64,000 bases of DNA from Macrostomum hystrix. Its lineage: Eukaryota > Animalia > Platyhelminthes. The notes below the pieces were generated by a model that ran no database searches, was not told where the DNA came from, and was given only the letters and a program-made list of their open reading frames with translations. Within the stretch, counting starts at the first letter, position 1, and each line of letters starts with the position of its first letter. The translations under genes were made by a program, and so were the position numbers. Location: NCBI GenBank assembly GCA_950097015.1, contig CATNEN010000035.1, positions 1,054,001-1,118,000 on the forward strand. The letters run 5' to 3'. This document shows positions 60,020 to 64,000 of this stretch, one piece after another.

Positions 60020-61085
60020 ATCTGATCTGAATCCTCAGGAATAGGACCAAATCTGATCTGAATCCTCAGGATGAGGACCACATCCAATCTGAATCCTCAG
60101 GATGAGGACCACATCCAATCTGAATCCTCAGGATGAGGACCACATCCAATCTGAATCCTCAGGATGAGGACCACATCCAATCTGAATCCTCAGAATGAGG
60201 ACCACATCCAGTTTGAATCCTCATGATGAGAACCACATCCAATCTGAATCCTCAGAATAAGGACCACATCCAATCTGAATCCTCAGAATGAGGACCACAT
60301 CCAGTTTGAATCCTCATGATGAGAACCACATCCAATCTGAATCCTAAGAATGAGGACCACATCCAGTTTGAATCCTCATGATGAGAACCACATCCAATCT
60401 GAATCCTCAGAATAAGGACCACATCCAATCTGAATCCTCAGAATGAGGACCACATCCAGTTTGAATCCTCATGATGAGAACCACATCCAATCTGAATCCT
60501 AAGAATGAGGACCACATCCAGTTTGAATCCTCAGGATGAGAACCACATCCAATCTGAATCCTCAGGATGAGGACCACATCCAATCTGAATCCTCAGGATG
60601 AGGACCACATCCAATCTGAATCCTCAGAATGAGGACCACATCCAGTTTGAATCCTCATGATGAGAACCACATCCAATCTGAATCCTCAGAATAAGGACCA
60701 CATCCAATCTGAATCCTCAGAATGAGGACCACATCCAGTTTGAATCCTCATGATGAGAACCACATCCAATCTGAATCCTAAGAATGAGGACCACATCCAG
60801 TTTGAATCCTCATGATGAGAACCACATCCAATCTGAATCCTCAGAATAAGGACCACATCCAATCTGAATCCTCAGAATGAGGACCACATCCAGTTTGAAT
60901 CCTCATGATGAGAACCACATCCAATCTGAATCCTAAGAATGAGGACCACATCCAGTTTGAATCCTCATGATGAGAACCACATCCAATCTGAATCCTAAGA
61001 ATGAGGACCACATCCAGTTTGAATCCTCAGAATGAGGACCACATCCAATCTGAATCCTCAGGATGAGGACCACATCCAGTCTGAA
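60020..61085. repeat. 31-bp minisatellite (ATCTGAATCCTCAGGATGAGGACCACATCCA), about 34 copies, with higher-order structure
   Basis: Directly visible. The order of variant units repeats. Confidence 0.95.
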
Positions 61086-61551
61086 TCTAGACCTAGACTA
61101 CACCATAAAATTCCAACTGTGTGAAAGTCCTGATCGTGTCCCTGTACAGTTAACCTAATTCCTAAGAATCAATCATTGCTCTTATCACTATTGCTCTATT
61201 ATCCGGCCTCTATCCGTTCCTCTCTATACCCCCTTTCTATCACGGTCCCTATCTTTTTCTAGCCTTAGTATCGATCGTATAATATATGTATCTATTACAA
61301 ACGATACACACAAGCGTATAGACAGACCGGGGTGCGCAATTTGACACCCGAGAACGACAGGAAAGCTAAACGCACCCTCGAGGCATGCGCGCCCAGATCG
61401 AATCCCGGGGACTGCTAGATCTGCGGAATCCGCCGCGTTCTACAACCTCCTAACTTTACTTTACGTACAGTAATCTACAATCACAATCACCTACAATCGC
61501 CATTTTTCACAGTCTTGTTTGTTATGACCTGTATGCATTCTATCTTTCTAA

Positions 61552-61891
61552 GGGGGTCGGTGGCAGAGCGGCTAACGCGTTCGCCTCTCGCACCAAGGTC
61601 CCCAAGTTCTATTCCGCGGCGACATTCATCTGGGGCGCAGCCGCGAAGAGAAGGCTTGGGAGTTTTTCGTGCAATTTACGACCTTACAGAGGGCCAAACC
61701 TCCAAGGCACAGGGAGTGTACACTGCCTGACGATGAGAAAGTCGTGGCAGATGTACACACCTGTGTGAGAGTGCGTGTGTGCTCAGGAGTCAGCGAAATG
61801 GGCAGAATTGCCTCCTCGCTGGCTGCGGGTCTAGTGTCACCAAATGATGTGCCATTGCCCGCAGCCCCCCTACAATCTAATTTTCTTTTTA

Positions 61892-61920
<29 letters not shown>
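61552..61920 (+). mobile_element. SINE family A, full length with 14-bp TSD and (TAT)n tail
   Basis: TATGCATTCTATCT at 61532-61545 and 61921-61934, tRNA-like head, internal TG tract. Confidence 0.88.
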
Positions 61921-61923
<3 letters not shown>

Positions 61924-62822
61924 GCATTCTATCTGGCCCTATTTATTTACTATAATCCTACGATGAATACGAGAGCTAAACGTGACTTCTGTCTGTCTGT
62001 CTGTCTGTCTGCCCGTCCATAGGGCCACTAATTGGGGGAAGGGGCGCAGCAGCAGAACTTGGCCCCAAATGTTCGGGCTTAATCAACCGAGAACAAACGC
62101 AGCTATCATTTGTGTGTGTGAATGTGTGTTTGTGTGTAGTCTCTGCCCCATCCGTAGGCATACCTCATATCGGCTTGGCGCTCATACACCTTATATCATA
62201 CCTGTGCAAGGCCTGATTGCCAGGCTCAAATCCACTTCTGTCTGTCTGTTAAATATTTGTGCTATATCTGTACTACTGTAGCGCTTCGGAATACGCTGAC
62301 CAAGGCACAATAATTTAGTATTGCACCACCTGAGCTCAGCCAGTGCGCCGCTTGCCTGTTCTCATCCACCAGCTGCTTTTTCCTCCTCGCTTTCTTCCTC
62401 AAAAACTGCGGCAGCGGATGCGCGGATTGAAGATTTTCATCGGCTAAAATGTTCCAACAGACAGTGAGCATTTGGATGCGACAGCTATCGGCTCCATGAT
62501 ATTGGGATTAGAAGGAAAGGGGAATATATAGGGAGTGCGGATCCGGACACAGTCGGCTTTCTGCCCGATCTTCACTCAAATTGGTCCCAGGCCTCTTTCC
62601 CTCTCCCCTTCTACTTCTTGAACAGTTTGACGCATTCTAAGCATGACGGCTTATATAGCATGAGCACAAACTCAAGGCAAGATTGTGTGCGTGCCGGAGG
62701 TTTTTTGAGAAGACGGCACAGGACAGACTGGCTGGAGGAAATATTTATTTAATTTCGCGCCTAAGTCTCCAAGTGGACTGTGGAGAGAGCAGCTCAAGTA
62801 GAGTGAGTCGAGACGGACGAGT

Positions 62823-62823
<1 letters not shown>

Positions 62824-62865
<42 letters not shown>

Positions 62866-62869
62866 TGTG

Positions 62870-62907
<38 letters not shown>
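62824..62907. repeat. (GT)n microsatellite
   Basis: Directly visible. Confidence 0.95.
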
Positions 62908-62908
<1 letters not shown>

Positions 62909-64000
62909 GTGACTGAAGGGCAGTTTAGAAAAGGCGGTACTTTTAGGCTCATATGAAGAAAAGTAGTTCTCAAATAGCCTGTGACTGGACTTTCGTTTGA
63001 AAATCGTTCTTCATCGTCAGTTTTGAGAACAGAACTTATTTGAGTGGGAAGAGATGGAGAGAATGCGGGGGTGGCTTGTGTGCCTTTACCAGCCTGCTCA
63101 AACTTTGTGCTCCGAAAAATGGAGATCTCAAGTTATTTTTCTGTTAAGAGCGTCGACGAGTGGGCGTAAATTACTGGCAAAAATATGATCAGATAGGATC
63201 AGAGAGCGAGGGAGTGTGTTTTCGCCTATGCGTCCGAACTTTTAGACGCGCATGTGAAAAAACCAGCGCCTTCGTCACTAATTTATTACAGTTGGTTGGT
63301 GCATGTCTGGCTGGAATGGTGGAGTTGTGTGTGTACGTGTGTGCGAGATTAACTAGACCAACACAGATGCTGCGAGCAACCCCATTCATTCTGCCATTTC
63401 CTAGAATGGAATCCATTTCGGAGCCTATCTAATGCATCTATCAAGCTATCTAACCATATCCATCTGGCCCGCCAAGTGGCTCTAATGCGTGTCTCAGCCT
63501 CCTCCTCGCGTTTTTGGCCCTGTGCAGGAAGATGCGCCGCCATCATTCGGTCGTTTCGTCCGATCGTTCGCTCCATTTCCTGTGTTCGGCTGCGTCTTCC
63601 TAACTCCAAACCCTCGTCCCCCTGCCTTGCAATGCTGATCAGATCTTAGCAAATCAAGTCCTTACTGATGTGGACCAAAGCATTAGTTGGGTCTTGACCT
63701 TCCGATTCCTGAAATTCCTGCCTCATTTCTCCGAGTCAGTAGACAGTCCGGCTGGGAAACAGATCGCTGCTAATTATGCATGCGAAACAGCTGCTGCCCT
63801 CCCCCCCTCACCCTCCAGTACTCGGCCTTATTGCTCTTTGCCTCTCCCGCTCCCGCTAATGCCTGTTTGCTCATGCACCGGACCCTCTCTTCCACAACCC
63901 CACTGAAACCCCAGTCTGCTTGCGCCAATACCTTCTCATCTCTCCCCTGGCTCTTCTTGTCGTCAAACAGGTTCTAGCTCTCTTTCTTTCTTTCACTTCT

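Noticed and set aside
62262-62471. Basic minus-strand ORF (LRKKARRKKQ) as a nested gene
   Set aside because: It is short, has no domain, and I see no supporting splice or promoter evidence.

Overview
Eukaryotic (metazoan) genomic DNA with GT-AG introns. GC-rich exons carrying polyQ/polyP/polyA tracts are separated by AT-rich spacers and about 13 unrelated minisatellite arrays. This style resembles the flatworm Macrostomum, which is an inference I cannot prove from the sequence. Nine protein-coding genes can be reconstructed by hand. (1) Glycogen phosphorylase (-), 4 exons, last exon outside the window. (2) An intronless RING + TRAF/SIAH-type zinc-finger protein with a duplicated unnamed Cys motif (+). 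(3) An Ack-like/PR2-class tyrosine kinase (SAM-kinase-SH3-CRIB, +), 8 exons, DFG changed to DTG, with an apparent frameshift. (4) An aquaporin (+) with NPA/NPV. (5) An orphan rhodopsin-class GPCR (+). (6) An SLC10 Na+/bile-acid-type transporter (-). (7) DR1/NC2-beta (+). (8) BANF1 (+). (9) The 5' part of an LNX-type RING gene (+), with a candidate 21-nt microexon and a candidate RING-less alternative first exon. Mobile DNA includes a frameshifted hAT transposon, a decayed LINE endonuclease fragment, two tRNA-derived SINE families (two copies with target-site duplications) and a foldback MITE with a 9-bp TSD. There is no CRISPR array, rRNA or intact tRNA. Exon boundaries were counted by hand. 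Repeat boundaries and copy numbers are approximate.
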